DNA of 64,000 nt from Methanocorpusculum sp. (GCA_045639425.1 JAZUDC010000040.1:1536-65535), one strand, 5' to 3'; positions 31,464 through 41,585 are shown, numbered from the stretch's first letter. Numbers and translations: made by a program. Notes: generated by a model from the sequence alone, not told the origin.

Positions 31464-32354
31464 CTAGGGCCCTACAAGGTAGGCTTTAATGAAGAAATCC
31501 GGGTGGTACCTCAGTTTCGCCTCGCGCAGTCCGGGATTATCAACATCGCTCTCACGGCTAATGATTTTATACTTATTCTTGAGATATTTTGCAGTCTCCC
31601 AATTAATTATTTTGTAAATTCCCAGAAATTTTTTTAATCCTTTCTCATAATGCACAAGAGCGACATCCCCGCCAAAATTCTCCCAGATCACTATGGCACC
31701 AATACAACCGTCTATCCGAATAATCAGACCCTCCAGCTGGAATTCGTCGTAATGATCCAGAGAAATATCGACTGCCTGAAGTTCGCCATGTAGCATGGCA
31801 GAATCACAGGCAGAATCACAGGTTTCTTTTTCAGCCCCCCATTGATGAACCATCATACGAACATCTTCAAGGTTTTCTGCCGTTACCGATTCAACCGTAT
31901 ATGTATAGGTTTTCAGGAAATGATTGATCTGTCCGCGGATACCGACAAACGGTTTACCTTTCAGTTCAGCTAGAGTCGATGTATACCAACAGTACTCGAA
32001 GTCACCTCTTACCTCTTTGATCTCCGTCTCTGGATGCAGTTTCCTGAACAGCGACAGCGACTCTTCATCATAGATGGCAAATCCTGCTCTGATTGATTTG
32101 GCATACGCATACACTTCTTCAAAAACTGCCGAATCTTGAGGGCCTATCGGCGCTTGTATGGTGTGCGTACCCTGATAGACGCAATCGATTACCACTTGAC
32201 CCTTATACTCGGCAAAAAAGCAGGGTGAATAATGTACCCATGATAAAATGGTAACCAAGGAACATTCTGAATGCTGACGCGGATATCTGGCCAGATATGC
32301 ATCCAAGACCGATTTGTCCTTGAAGGTGATCGGTACAAAATCAGTGGTCCGCAA
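31464..32354 (-). CDS. DUF2156 domain protein (aminoacyl-tRNA transferase/GNAT-like fold)
   Basis: LAELKGK..R.QINHF, VHYEKG, RESDVDNPGLREAKLRYHP. Confidence 0.85.
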   Translation of the reverse strand: MRTTDFVPITFKDKSVLDAYLARYPRQHSECSLVTILSWVHYSPCFFAEYKGQVVIDCVYQGTHTIQAPIGPQDSAVFEEVYAYAKSIRAGFAIYDEESLSLFRKLHPETEIKEVRGDFEYCWYTSTLAELKGKPFVGIRGQINHFLKTYTYTVESVTAENLEDVRMMVHQWGAEKETCDSACDSAMLHGELQAVDISLDHYDEFQLEGLIIRIDGCIGAIVIWENFGGDVALVHYEKGLKKFLGIYKIINWETAKYLKNKYKIISRESDVDNPGLREAKLRYHPDFFIKAYLVGP

Positions 32355-32367
32355 CGTCGTACGAAAC

Positions 32368-32781
32368 TCACTCTTCCTTAAGCATGGGGGTATACTTTTC
32401 CATCTCTGAAAAACCAGCTTTTCGATAAAATCCTTCTTTTTCAGGAGAAGAGATCAGACCAAGCCAGGTATGGCCGTAGAGAATCGCCAGTTTTTTCAGT
32501 GCCGCAACAATTCTGCTGCCGATACCTTTCCCGCGGTATTCCGGAAACACCACAATATCCTGCAGATAACCATCGGACGCCCCGTCACTAATGAACCTGC
32601 CGAATCCGACCGCATTATCCTGTTCATCCTTCGCAATGATGACAATAAAACTCCCATCAAGAAAACGAGGTATCTGGCTCGGATCATAGCCGACATCCCA
32701 CCACCCGCCGGCACGATAAAGATCGATGATCTCAGCTGTGTTCCAGCTTCGAATGACGGAGAGGGTTATTTCAGGTGTCAT
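32368..32781 (-). CDS. GNAT N-acetyltransferase
   Basis: VGFGRFISDG, DIVVFPEYRGKGIG, FYRKAGF. Confidence 0.9.
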   Translation of the reverse strand: MTPEITLSVIRSWNTAEIIDLYRAGGWWDVGYDPSQIPRFLDGSFIVIIAKDEQDNAVGFGRFISDGASDGYLQDIVVFPEYRGKGIGSRIVAALKKLAILYGHTWLGLISSPEKEGFYRKAGFSEMEKYTPMLKEE

Positions 32782-32923
32782 GGTTCTTCAACTCATATTA
32801 CTATAAATTATTACTATAAATTCTATGCTTTCTGGAATTATGAGGCTTATGTCTTCCCCGGAAAAGCCCTTTCCATCCAATAGCAATATCATCTGACAGA
32901 CCAAATAACTATAAAAGAGCTAT

Positions 32924-34399
32924 ATGGTAAAAGGCCAGATACGAAAAGGACGGCTAGATGATGAACGCTCTGCCGAGGTAGAGGCATTTCTCTCATCCAT
33001 GGAAGCTGACCATGAAATCGCCACGTGTGATATCCGGGTTGACATGGCGCACATTCTAATGCTTCATGCACAAAACCTAATTGATACTGCACCGGCCAAA
33101 AAGTTGCTCACCGCTCTGCTCAACTATCTTGAAACAGGATTGCCGAAGGAAGCATTCGATCCTGCACATGAAGATATTCATGCAGGTATTGAAGCACAGC
33201 TGATAAAAGATGCAGGAGCGAACGCTAGTGGCAGAATGCATCTCGGGCGAAGCAGAAACGATGAAGTCGCAACCTGCCTACGCATGCGGACACGTGAATA
33301 TAGCCTGAAGATTCTGGCAGGAATCTTTGAACTGCGCAGAGTATTGCTTGACCGTGCAGAGGAACATCTCAGAACAGTAATGCCTGGATTTACCCATTTC
33401 CAACACGCACAGCCGACGACATTGGCACATTATTTCCTTTCCTACGAGAATCTGTTCGCACGTGATGCCGACCGACTGTTCGATGCATATGCTCGGGTGA
33501 ACCGTTCTCCCCTCGGCTCAGCAGCATTCGCCGGCACAGGATTCCCGCTCGACCGCGAACTAACATCGGTCTATCTCGGGTTCTCCGGACCGATGGAAAA
33601 CAGTATGGACAGCGTCTCCAACAGGGACTTCATCGTCGAGATAATTTCCGATTGCGCGATTCTCATGACCAATATTAGCCGCATGGCAGAAGAGCTAATT
33701 CTCTGGTCTTCAGCTCTGGTCCGCTTCGTTACACTGAACGATGCATACTGTTCCACTTCGAGTATCATGCCGCAGAAGAAAAATCCCGACACTCTTGAGA
33801 TTATGCGTGCCAAATCTGCACTGGTTTCTGGTGAACTTACCGCGGCCCTTACTTTGATCAAAGGACTGCCTATGAGCTATAACCGCGACCTGCAGGACTT
33901 GAATCCGCACCTCTGGCATACCCTGCGTGAAACCACGGCGGCAGTCCCTCTTCTTGCCCGTATCATCGAGAGCGCAGTCTTCGACGAAGCAGCCATGAAA
34001 AAGAGTGCGAAGGCAGGAAACACTGGAGCAACCGAACTTGCCGATGCATTTGTTCGTGAGTACAACCTGCCATTCAGAACAGCTCACAATATTGTAGGCC
34101 GTGCTGTCAAGTTAGGATCGTTCGACCTTGCGACCATTGACCGTATCGGTGTAGAGTTCGCCGGATTCTCACTAGCAGAACGCGGACTTACTCAGGAATT
34201 CATCGACAAGGTTCAGAACCCGAAAGAAATTATCAAGGCAAAGAAAACAACTGGATCACCGAACCCACGCTTGGTGAAGAAGGCAATTCAGGAAGCTGAT
34301 GTCCGTCTTGTTCAGGATGAAGTGACCAGTGACATGCTTACTGACGAACTAGAAGATGCCGATAAGAAAATGAAAGAGGCAATAGCGGAACTGAAATGA
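32924..34399 (+). CDS. argH: Argininosuccinate lyase
   Basis: GRSRNDEV, MPGFTHFQHAQP, TSSIMPQKKNPD, YNRDLQ. Confidence 0.97.
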   Translation: MVKGQIRKGRLDDERSAEVEAFLSSMEADHEIATCDIRVDMAHILMLHAQNLIDTAPAKKLLTALLNYLETGLPKEAFDPAHEDIHAGIEAQLIKDAGANASGRMHLGRSRNDEVATCLRMRTREYSLKILAGIFELRRVLLDRAEEHLRTVMPGFTHFQHAQPTTLAHYFLSYENLFARDADRLFDAYARVNRSPLGSAAFAGTGFPLDRELTSVYLGFSGPMENSMDSVSNRDFIVEIISDCAILMTNISRMAEELILWSSALVRFVTLNDAYCSTSSIMPQKKNPDTLEIMRAKSALVSGELTAALTLIKGLPMSYNRDLQDLNPHLWHTLRETTAAVPLLARIIESAVFDEAAMKKSAKAGNTGATELADAFVREYNLPFRTAHNIVGRAVKLGSFDLATIDRIGVEFAGFSLAERGLTQEFIDKVQNPKEIIKAKKTTGSPNPRLVKKAIQEADVRLVQDEVTSDMLTDELEDADKKMKEAIAELK

Positions 34400-35631
34400 A
34401 CTACAAAAACAGAGATCCCGTAACCGTCTCGTTTGCCGGACTTGAGATGATCGGTATGTATATCAATAAATCCGGTGACAATGCGATAGTGAAACTGAAA
34501 AGTGGATACAACATCTGTGTACCGGAAACCTGTTGCAAACCGCGGAAAGACGGAGCTGTGCCGGAGAAACCAGCGATTAAACCACTGGAACAGAATGAAA
34601 AACTGCCGCTTCTCTCAATCGTCTCAACCGGAGGGACTATTGCCAGCACTGTAGATTACTGTACCGGTGCCGTCTCGTCAAAATTCACGGCAGAAGATAT
34701 CATCAGAAGCATACCGGAACTTGCTGGTATCGCTCATTATCATACAGTACAGCCGTTCAACATCCTCTCGGAGAATATGGATCCGAACAAATGGCAGATT
34801 CTGGCACGGACAATTGTCTCCGAAATCGAGAATGGTGCACAGGGAGTCATTGTGACGCACGGTACCGATACCATGCTCTATAGCGCTGCAGCTGTATCGT
34901 TCATGCTGGATACCCCGGTACCTGTCATCTTCGTCGGAGCGCAGAGAAGTGCGGACAGACCATCCAGTGACAATGCAATGAACGCTATCTGTTCCGCAAA
35001 AGCAGCAGTCGCCAACCTTGGTGAAGTCATGGTCTGCATGCATGCAACTACGAATGATTCCGTCTGTGCTCTTCTCCGGGCGACCCGTGTCCGCAAGAAC
35101 CATACGTCAAGAAGAGACGCTTTCCAGAGTATTGGCCGCGTACCTGTCGCAGAAATCGCATATCCTGACGGAAACGTTGTGCCGGCAGAAGATGCAGTAC
35201 ACCGCAACACCAACAAACTTGCTCTTCATGAAAATCTTGAACCGCACTGCGGACTGCTGACCTATTATCCAGGAATGAATCCAAAGGTATTCAATACATT
35301 TGCCGGATACAAGGGACTGGTCATTGCCGGAACGGGCCTTGGACATGTTGGTACCGACTGCATCGCGAAGATCAAGGCATTGGTTGATGCAGGTACGACG
35401 GTCATCATGACCTCCCAGTGCCAGGCAGGTTCTGTCTGCGACCGCGTCTATGAGACAGGAAGATATCTCCTCGATGCGGGCATCATCGAAGGTGGAAGTC
35501 TGCTACCGGAAGTCGCTCTCGTCAAACTGATGTGGGTATTAGGAAATGCGACTGATGCGGTTGAAATCAGAAATCTCATGCAGATGAATCTCAAAGGTGA
35601 ACTTGACTGTGATATCCGGAGGGATGGCTGA
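34396..35631 (+). CDS. gatD: Glu-tRNA(Gln) amidotransferase subunit D
   Basis: KLKSGYN, STGGTIAS, THGTDT, QRSADRPSSD. Confidence 0.96.
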   Translation: MNYKNRDPVTVSFAGLEMIGMYINKSGDNAIVKLKSGYNICVPETCCKPRKDGAVPEKPAIKPLEQNEKLPLLSIVSTGGTIASTVDYCTGAVSSKFTAEDIIRSIPELAGIAHYHTVQPFNILSENMDPNKWQILARTIVSEIENGAQGVIVTHGTDTMLYSAAAVSFMLDTPVPVIFVGAQRSADRPSSDNAMNAICSAKAAVANLGEVMVCMHATTNDSVCALLRATRVRKNHTSRRDAFQSIGRVPVAEIAYPDGNVVPAEDAVHRNTNKLALHENLEPHCGLLTYYPGMNPKVFNTFAGYKGLVIAGTGLGHVGTDCIAKIKALVDAGTTVIMTSQCQAGSVCDRVYETGRYLLDAGIIEGGSLLPEVALVKLMWVLGNATDAVEIRNLMQMNLKGELDCDIRRDG

Positions 35632-37461
35632 ATGAACTACGAATCTTTAGGCCTGAAGGTGGGCATTGAAATCCACCAACAGCTCAATACCAAGGAAAAA
35701 CTGTTCTGCCATTCACCAACAGTAACCCGAAATACTGATGAACATTATGGCGTAGTCCAGCGCTATCTGCGTACCTCTGCTTCCGAAACCGGCGAGGTCG
35801 ATCGCGCTGCAGCTGAAGAAGCGATGCAGCACCGTTTGTTTACCTACTATACCTATGACACGACCGGACTTGTCGAAATCGACGAAGAACCGCCATCACC
35901 ACTGAACCGTGAGGCGCTCGACATCGTGCTTACCATCGCCAAGATGTTTGCCATGACCCCGCTTCCGGAAATCCACACAATGCGCAAGATGATTGTCGAT
36001 GGATCAGCAACCAGCGGATTCCAGCGTACAGCACTGGTCGCACTGAATGGAAAGATAGCCAACACCTGCCGCATCGAGACGATAGCCATCGAGGAAGAGG
36101 CATGTCAGCGCGTCGGAGACACCATCTTCTCGGTTGACCGCCTAGGAATCCCCTTAATCGAAATCACAACTGCTCCGTGCATGAAAACCCCACAGGAAGT
36201 CCATGATGTCGCCCAGTACATCGGTATGATTCTCCGGTCAACCGGTAAAGTTAAGCGCGGACTTGGCACCATCAGACAGGATATCAATGTATCCATCGCC
36301 AATGGTGCACGTGTTGAAATCAAGGGTGTCCAGGAACTCAACCTCATTGCGGAGGTCGTCGAACGTGAAGTCCAGCGCCAGCTTTCCCTTCTGGCAATCC
36401 GGGACGAACTGCTGGCCCGCAAGGCATCGGTTCCAGGCATCGTCCTCGATGTCACCAAGACCTTCGATGGCACTCAATCAAACATCCTGAAAAAGGCAAA
36501 ATGTATTCTGGGAACCGTCCTGCGTGGATTCAACGGCCTGGTGGGAACCGAAATCCAGCCGGGCAGACGACTTGGCTCGGAAATGTCCGATTACGTCAAG
36601 AAATGTGGTGTAAGCGGCCTGTTCCACACTGATGAACTGCCGGCATACGGTGTCACCGCAGAAGAGGTCGAAAGACTGAGAAAAGATGTCGGTGCAGGTC
36701 CACAAGATGCGGTCATCATCGTTGCGGCAACCGAACAAAAATGTCGCTGCGCAATGAAGATGATTCTCCACCGTGCTGAGATGGCATTCGAACGGGTTCC
36801 CGAAGAGACCAGAAAGATGCTCGAAGGCGGATCAACTGCCTATATGCGCCCGCTTTCAGGCGCTGCACGCATGTATCCGGAAACCGATGTCCTACCGGTT
36901 GTTGTCACCCAGAAACACTTCGATGAGATCATGACACCGGAACTACTGACCGACAAGACGGCTCGATTCGTCTCCGAATACGGTATGGACGAAGTACTGG
37001 CACACCAGATTGTCTGGTCCGAGAAACTGCCGCTTTTCGAACGTTCTATTGCCGAAGGAATCAAACCAATGTTTGCCGCACGTACCATGCTTTCCTCCCT
37101 GAAGGAACTGTCACGGTCCGGTAAAGACACATCCATGCTTTCCGACGACAGTATTATTGCCGTGATGAAGGCCGTAGACAGCGGCAGAGCCGCAAAGGAG
37201 GCAGCCCTGGAAATCCTGACCGCTTGCGCGAAGGGCATGTCAGTAAAGGAGGCAATCGCCAAGGTTGCGTCAGCATTCTCCCGTGAAGAGCTGGGAACCC
37301 TCGTGAAAACTATCGTCTCCGAACGGTCGGAATTCATCAAAAAACGCGGAAAATCGGCATTAGGGCCTGTTATGGGAGTCGTTATGAAGGAAGTACGTGG
37401 CAGAATCGACGGAAAAGTCGTCTCCGAAGTACTGAATTCCGAGCTGGAGAAGCTTCTCTAA
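35632..37461 (+). CDS. gatE: Glu-tRNA(Gln) amidotransferase subunit E
   Basis: GIEIHQQL, DEEPP, GFQRT, DRLGIPLIEI, GAARMYPETD. Confidence 0.97.
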   Translation: MNYESLGLKVGIEIHQQLNTKEKLFCHSPTVTRNTDEHYGVVQRYLRTSASETGEVDRAAAEEAMQHRLFTYYTYDTTGLVEIDEEPPSPLNREALDIVLTIAKMFAMTPLPEIHTMRKMIVDGSATSGFQRTALVALNGKIANTCRIETIAIEEEACQRVGDTIFSVDRLGIPLIEITTAPCMKTPQEVHDVAQYIGMILRSTGKVKRGLGTIRQDINVSIANGARVEIKGVQELNLIAEVVEREVQRQLSLLAIRDELLARKASVPGIVLDVTKTFDGTQSNILKKAKCILGTVLRGFNGLVGTEIQPGRRLGSEMSDYVKKCGVSGLFHTDELPAYGVTAEEVERLRKDVGAGPQDAVIIVAATEQKCRCAMKMILHRAEMAFERVPEETRKMLEGGSTAYMRPLSGAARMYPETDVLPVVVTQKHFDEIMTPELLTDKTARFVSEYGMDEVLAHQIVWSEKLPLFERSIAEGIKPMFAARTMLSSLKELSRSGKDTSMLSDDSIIAVMKAVDSGRAAKEAALEILTACAKGMSVKEAIAKVASAFSREELGTLVKTIVSERSEFIKKRGKSALGPVMGVVMKEVRGRIDGKVVSEVLNSELEKLL

Positions 37462-37524
37462 GCGGTCATGGTGAAACGATAATATTTAAGTGAGAGCACG
37501 GCTAAAAGATAAAGGAGTTAAATA

Positions 37525-37791
37525 ATGGGAAAAACTGGAAGTATTAACTGGCATCAGGTTAAAGGTGTCAATGGCCAGATTCACCTTGTCCCTCAGAAAG
37601 AGGGAGAGGTCAAGAAACCGGGACCGAACCAGAGATTCAAGAGATCAAGTATCGTCGCAAAGATTGACAGCCGCATGGCAAATGCCCAGCAGCAGGGACG
37701 CGGTCCTAAGATTGCTGATCAGAGACTTCGCCGCAGAATCCGCCGCTCACAGGCATCCATGATGGGTGCTAAGGCAAAGGCAAAGCATTAA
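37525..37791 (+). CDS. Small basic protein (DUF5350-like)
   Basis: AGGAG RBS; MGKTGSINW...KPGPNQRFK, very Lys/Arg-rich; family name from recall. Confidence 0.7.
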   Translation: MGKTGSINWHQVKGVNGQIHLVPQKEGEVKKPGPNQRFKRSSIVAKIDSRMANAQQQGRGPKIADQRLRRRIRRSQASMMGAKAKAKH

Positions 37792-37806
37792 TCGTATTCG
37801 GTACGA

Positions 37807-37836
37807 CGGGAAACAACATCCCGTTAACTATTTTTT
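37807..37836 (+). terminator. Hairpin plus T-tract after the small basic protein
   Basis: ACGGGA...TCCCGT stem followed by a T run, between convergent genes. Confidence 0.45.
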
Positions 37837-37910
37837 CGTTTTGATTTATCTTTTCGAACCAGGGCATCCTGTTGGTACTTGGTAAAACCGAGAGTCCGGC
37901 AAAAAAAGGA

Positions 37911-38825
37911 TTATTTCTTCGGAAACAGGGAAAGCAGATCCCAGGCCAGTGATTCCGCTTTCTTGAGATTGGTCATCATGGTATCCAATCGAAGTGAGCC
38001 AGGAACATCTATTCCCGTATCCCGGATATCCTGTATGAAGACATCCAGAATATCGCCGTATACCTTCTTCGTACCAAACGATGTTGGTTTATAACCCCAT
38101 GCCGTCATCAATGCAGCCGCAGGTCCACTTACCGGACGATTGCCGATGAACGGGCTTACCGCCACGACGAACTTCTTCTTGAGTGTATCACGGATACCGG
38201 CACATTCCAGAATCGGACCGATACTGGTTACCGGATTTGACGGACCGATGATGACGCCATCACTTTCCTCGATGGCTGCAATCGATTCCGGTGTGGCCGT
38301 GAGCGGTTTTCCGTCCACCGTCTTTCGTACGACGCCTCTGATAGGGACATTCCCACGTCTGCCAACCCAGTATTCCTGATAATGCATCAGGGAATCATCT
38401 TCCTGGACGACATAGGTAGTCACTTGCTGATCGGACATCGGCAGAATTCGTGCCGAAATACCATATCCATCCGTTATTTTCTTTACTGCTTCAGTAAGCC
38501 GCATACCTTCAGCCAAATAGGCAGTACGAGCTAGACTAGTTGCTCGATCATGTTCTCCCAGAGGCAACGGTTCCTTATAGCCAAGACGTTCCATTGCATG
38601 ATAGGTATGCATCGTATCCCCCTTGATTCCCCACCAAGTCTCTGTGTTCAGCAGACCTGCAAAAAGATAGGTTACAGTATCAATATCTGGAGATACAGAC
38701 TGGCCGGACATCCAAAGATCCTCTCCTGTATTGACAATGACCGTTATTTCATTATCGCGCAGAATCTGGCGAAGGCCACGGATGAGTTTTGGAGTTCCGG
38801 TACCGCCTGACAGTACAGTTATCAT
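37911..38825 (-). CDS. cofD: 2-phospho-L-lactate transferase (F420 biosynthesis)
   Basis: LSGGTGTPKL, VNTGED, SPDIDTV, IGPSNPVTSIGP, VSGPA. Confidence 0.96.
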   Translation of the reverse strand: MITVLSGGTGTPKLIRGLRQILRDNEITVIVNTGEDLWMSGQSVSPDIDTVTYLFAGLLNTETWWGIKGDTMHTYHAMERLGYKEPLPLGEHDRATSLARTAYLAEGMRLTEAVKKITDGYGISARILPMSDQQVTTYVVQEDDSLMHYQEYWVGRRGNVPIRGVVRKTVDGKPLTATPESIAAIEESDGVIIGPSNPVTSIGPILECAGIRDTLKKKFVVAVSPFIGNRPVSGPAAALMTAWGYKPTSFGTKKVYGDILDVFIQDIRDTGIDVPGSLRLDTMMTNLKKAESLAWDLLSLFPKK

Positions 38826-38880
38826 AATACTATGTGATTATGTGTGAGAATTATTAAAGATTAGGAAATTGTTCCTAAAC

Positions 38881-39491
38881 TTAAGAGAAATCAGTGAATC
38901 CAAAACAGAGTGTCCCCTCCGCACGGCTGTCACTCGAAAGATGAAACAACCCGCCATTTTTGATGATGTAAGTCCGAAAACTCTGACTAGGATAGGGAAC
39001 ACTCCGGTATCCGCGGATGATAGTACCGAAGTTGATCTCGAAGGGTTTCCGGTACGCGAGCAGCGCCTGTACTACTGTGGATCTGATTCATCAAAGAATG
39101 TAGCATTTTCATTGAATTTTGCTATAAGATCAAAGTGATCGATGATATCTGCATTGGTCTTGGCAAAAACTTGGGAGATCCCCTGATAGCAGAGGTCACA
39201 GAGATGATAGATATCACCGTCGGACCACTGGCTCTTTAGAGAAGATATCCTACTCAATCCCGCAGAGAACCTCCATTTTACTCTTGTATTTTTCTTTCAG
39301 TTCAGCCATCATTCTCCAGTAGAGTGGGATATCCTCTTCACGCATACACTATTCTTCAGCATCTTCTAGACATGAGTGGGCAGAAATACCGATACGAAAC
39401 ATTCCAAGCTCTATTGCTTCCCTGATGATCTCCTCAGGAATTCTGCACCGTCGCTGAAAGTCGAGTGAACGTAGAGATCGAAATTCTGCAT
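38881..39491 (-). pseudogene. PHP-family histidinol-phosphatase (HisK/HisJ type) pseudogene
   Basis: Across frames: DLYVHSTFSDG, EEIIREAIELG..IGISAHS, LKEKY..EVLCGIE*, DIIDHFDLIAKFNE..FDESDP, FEINFG..RGYR..PYPS, LSSDS; multiple stops and frameshifts. Confidence 0.8.
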
Positions 39492-39493
39492 GA

Positions 39494-39650
39494 TTATGTC
39501 ATCTTTTCCTGTTTGACCTGTGATCGATGACATGGCGGGATGCTAATTCCTTCGTGATGTCATCGAAGGAAATGCCTGCTTCAATCATTAGAACCATGAC
39601 GTGGTAGACGAGGTTGGAGATCTCATAAATCGTCCCTTTCTTATCGCTGG
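39494..39650 (-). pseudogene. hisE: Phosphoribosyl-ATP pyrophosphatase (HisE/HisIE) 3' remnant
   Basis: DKKGTIYEISNLVYHVMVLMIEAGISFDDITKELASRHVIDH, a frameshift, then VKQEKMT*; ends 2 bp before the PHP phosphatase start. Confidence 0.8.
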
Positions 39651-39923
39651 ACTAATATTCACCGGGTTCTGTGGTGTCACTTACATACCATTGACCGTAA
39701 TGTCTTCGTTGAAATAGGCTGTATCCACGTCATCCAACGTCCACTCCCTGTTGTCCACGATAGGGACTGGACCAAGATTCGGCCCATAAAACTTGTACAT
39801 TTCTACATTACCAAGGGCATAGTCGTTAGAAGCGGATACTGCTCCTGCAGCGATGAAGATAAGCAACAGTACATTAAAAAACATAGAACATGTTATGGTG
39901 GTTGTTCTTTGTTTTTGAACCAA
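39651..39923 (-). pseudogene. 5' remnant of a secreted/surface protein
   Basis: GGAGG RBS and signal peptide (FFNVLLLIFIAAGAVSA) followed by a short mature region, a stop, then an abrupt switch into hisE. Confidence 0.6.
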
Positions 39924-39995
39924 TGTGAGGAGATACCTCCTCCAGGTGATTGGGTATACTCCTATCTTCTTGTTTCAGAAATAATATCTTTCTTA

Positions 39996-40943
39996 TTACC
40001 AATGATTGGCAACCATTTCAAGGAAATCTTCCCCATCCTCGACATCCTTCAGACGTTTTTCACCGATGACCAGTGTTTTCCCGATTTTCTTTTCTTTTGC
40101 GTAATCGGTAACGACACAGAGAGAATGTGTTCCTGAAATCTGCGAGAGATTGCCGACAAATTCGGCACGTTCCACGGTCTTTTGCGGCGATCCATAACAG
40201 GTCAGAATAGTCTCGTTTTCGAAGACAGAAACAGCATGGAACGGCGATCTTCTGAACTCATGCACACTGATACCGATTGAGCGGAGGTGGTCTTCTGGTT
40301 TCTCAGCATTTTCGCCATCTGCATGCGCTGACGGCAGAGAAGCTGGTGTGTACTCTTCTTCCGCAGGATTGTACTGCAGAAGATCTATTGGTCTTACAAT
40401 ATCATCGTCAAAAAATTCTTCCAGGCGCAGCGCCATATCAAGGGTCGTTCCCATGCCGTTTTCATATTTACAAACAGTACGGCGCGACATTCCTAAAGCA
40501 TGCGCCAAATCACCCAGCGACATCGAGAGTTTCTCACGTAGTTCCCGCAGGTGGTTTGCATCGATATTAACATAGAGTCCTCCGGGAGAAGCATAAACCA
40601 ACGGCAGTTCTCCTCCAACAAGATAATCATAAAGGGTGGTGGGAGATATGGCATTGATTCCATATCTGAGATATATCGCACTCCGTTCCAGCGGGAGGTC
40701 GCGTGCCCGGTCTCCAAGAATCAGCGGGACTGCATGAAGGTGCCGAGCAATCTTGTCCAGATCCCAGGCAACATCCTCGTTGATGCTGTCTATTTGGGAT
40801 GCGATTTTGATGGCAAGAAGATGCTCTCCGTTCGATGCCATTAGATCAAAACTTCGCGACCGGATTTTGCAACGTTCCGAAATGTTATATCCTGCCATAA
40901 GCAGAATACTTACTACATTCTGGAGCAAACGGTCGGAAGTCAT
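39996..40943 (-). CDS. Archaeal Cro/C1-type HTH transcriptional regulator (MJ1164-like)
   Basis: SFDLMA, YLRYGI, ASPGGLYVNID, LRELRE..SLGDLA..LGMSRRTV.KYENG. Confidence 0.88.
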   Translation of the reverse strand: MTSDRLLQNVVSILLMAGYNISERCKIRSRSFDLMASNGEHLLAIKIASQIDSINEDVAWDLDKIARHLHAVPLILGDRARDLPLERSAIYLRYGINAISPTTLYDYLVGGELPLVYASPGGLYVNIDANHLRELREKLSMSLGDLAHALGMSRRTVCKYENGMGTTLDMALRLEEFFDDDIVRPIDLLQYNPAEEEYTPASLPSAHADGENAEKPEDHLRSIGISVHEFRRSPFHAVSVFENETILTCYGSPQKTVERAEFVGNLSQISGTHSLCVVTDYAKEKKIGKTLVIGEKRLKDVEDGEDFLEMVANHW

Positions 40944-41020
40944 TTCGTATAATTGTAATTGGAATAAAATTCTATAAATACCTTTGCAACTAGTTTGTTG
41001 GTATTTTGTCGAAAAAAGAA

Positions 41021-41431
41021 TTATTTCTGTTTAAGTTCAGACGCTTTTCTGACTTCAATCTCTTCCATTTCATCCAGGAAGGGAAGAAGACATTTGAGAT
41101 AGGGACGTGCACCGGCAGGGGTCTGAATAGATCCTGTTTCTAGAACCTCAGCATTCAGTGGTTCATTTTTTAGCATATCTTCGAACTGAACTGCATCACC
41201 TGCAATCTGTTTCATCTGTTTTTTCATGCGTTTGAACCAGTCCTCGATTTCGAGAACTGGTCGGAAATCAAAGTCAGTCAACCGGTATTTCCGGATATCC
41301 GCTTCTACGGTTGATGTTCTGGCAATCTCTGCATCCATATACAGGTAGACGTTGATGTGATTATTGCGTCGCAGGTCCAGAAGTGTCAGAACATCGACTG
41401 TATCACGCGGTTTTGGGAAATTCATACCCAT
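41021..41431 (-). CDS. Hypothetical protein
   Basis: Intact 136-aa ORF with a TTTAAC TATA-like box ~25 nt upstream. Confidence 0.65.
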   Translation of the reverse strand: MGMNFPKPRDTVDVLTLLDLRRNNHINVYLYMDAEIARTSTVEADIRKYRLTDFDFRPVLEIEDWFKRMKKQMKQIAGDAVQFEDMLKNEPLNAEVLETGSIQTPAGARPYLKCLLPFLDEMEEIEVRKASELKQK

Positions 41432-41585
41432 CTGTTGGACGTTTCAGATAGTTAAATGTTGCACACGGCATCTTGGGTATTTATGTATATTATTATTAAA
41501 AACATAGTATTTCTAATTTATAAATTAATTCGTTATATAGTGAACATTTAGGAGTATTTATATACTTAAGTGCTAATGATTATGT

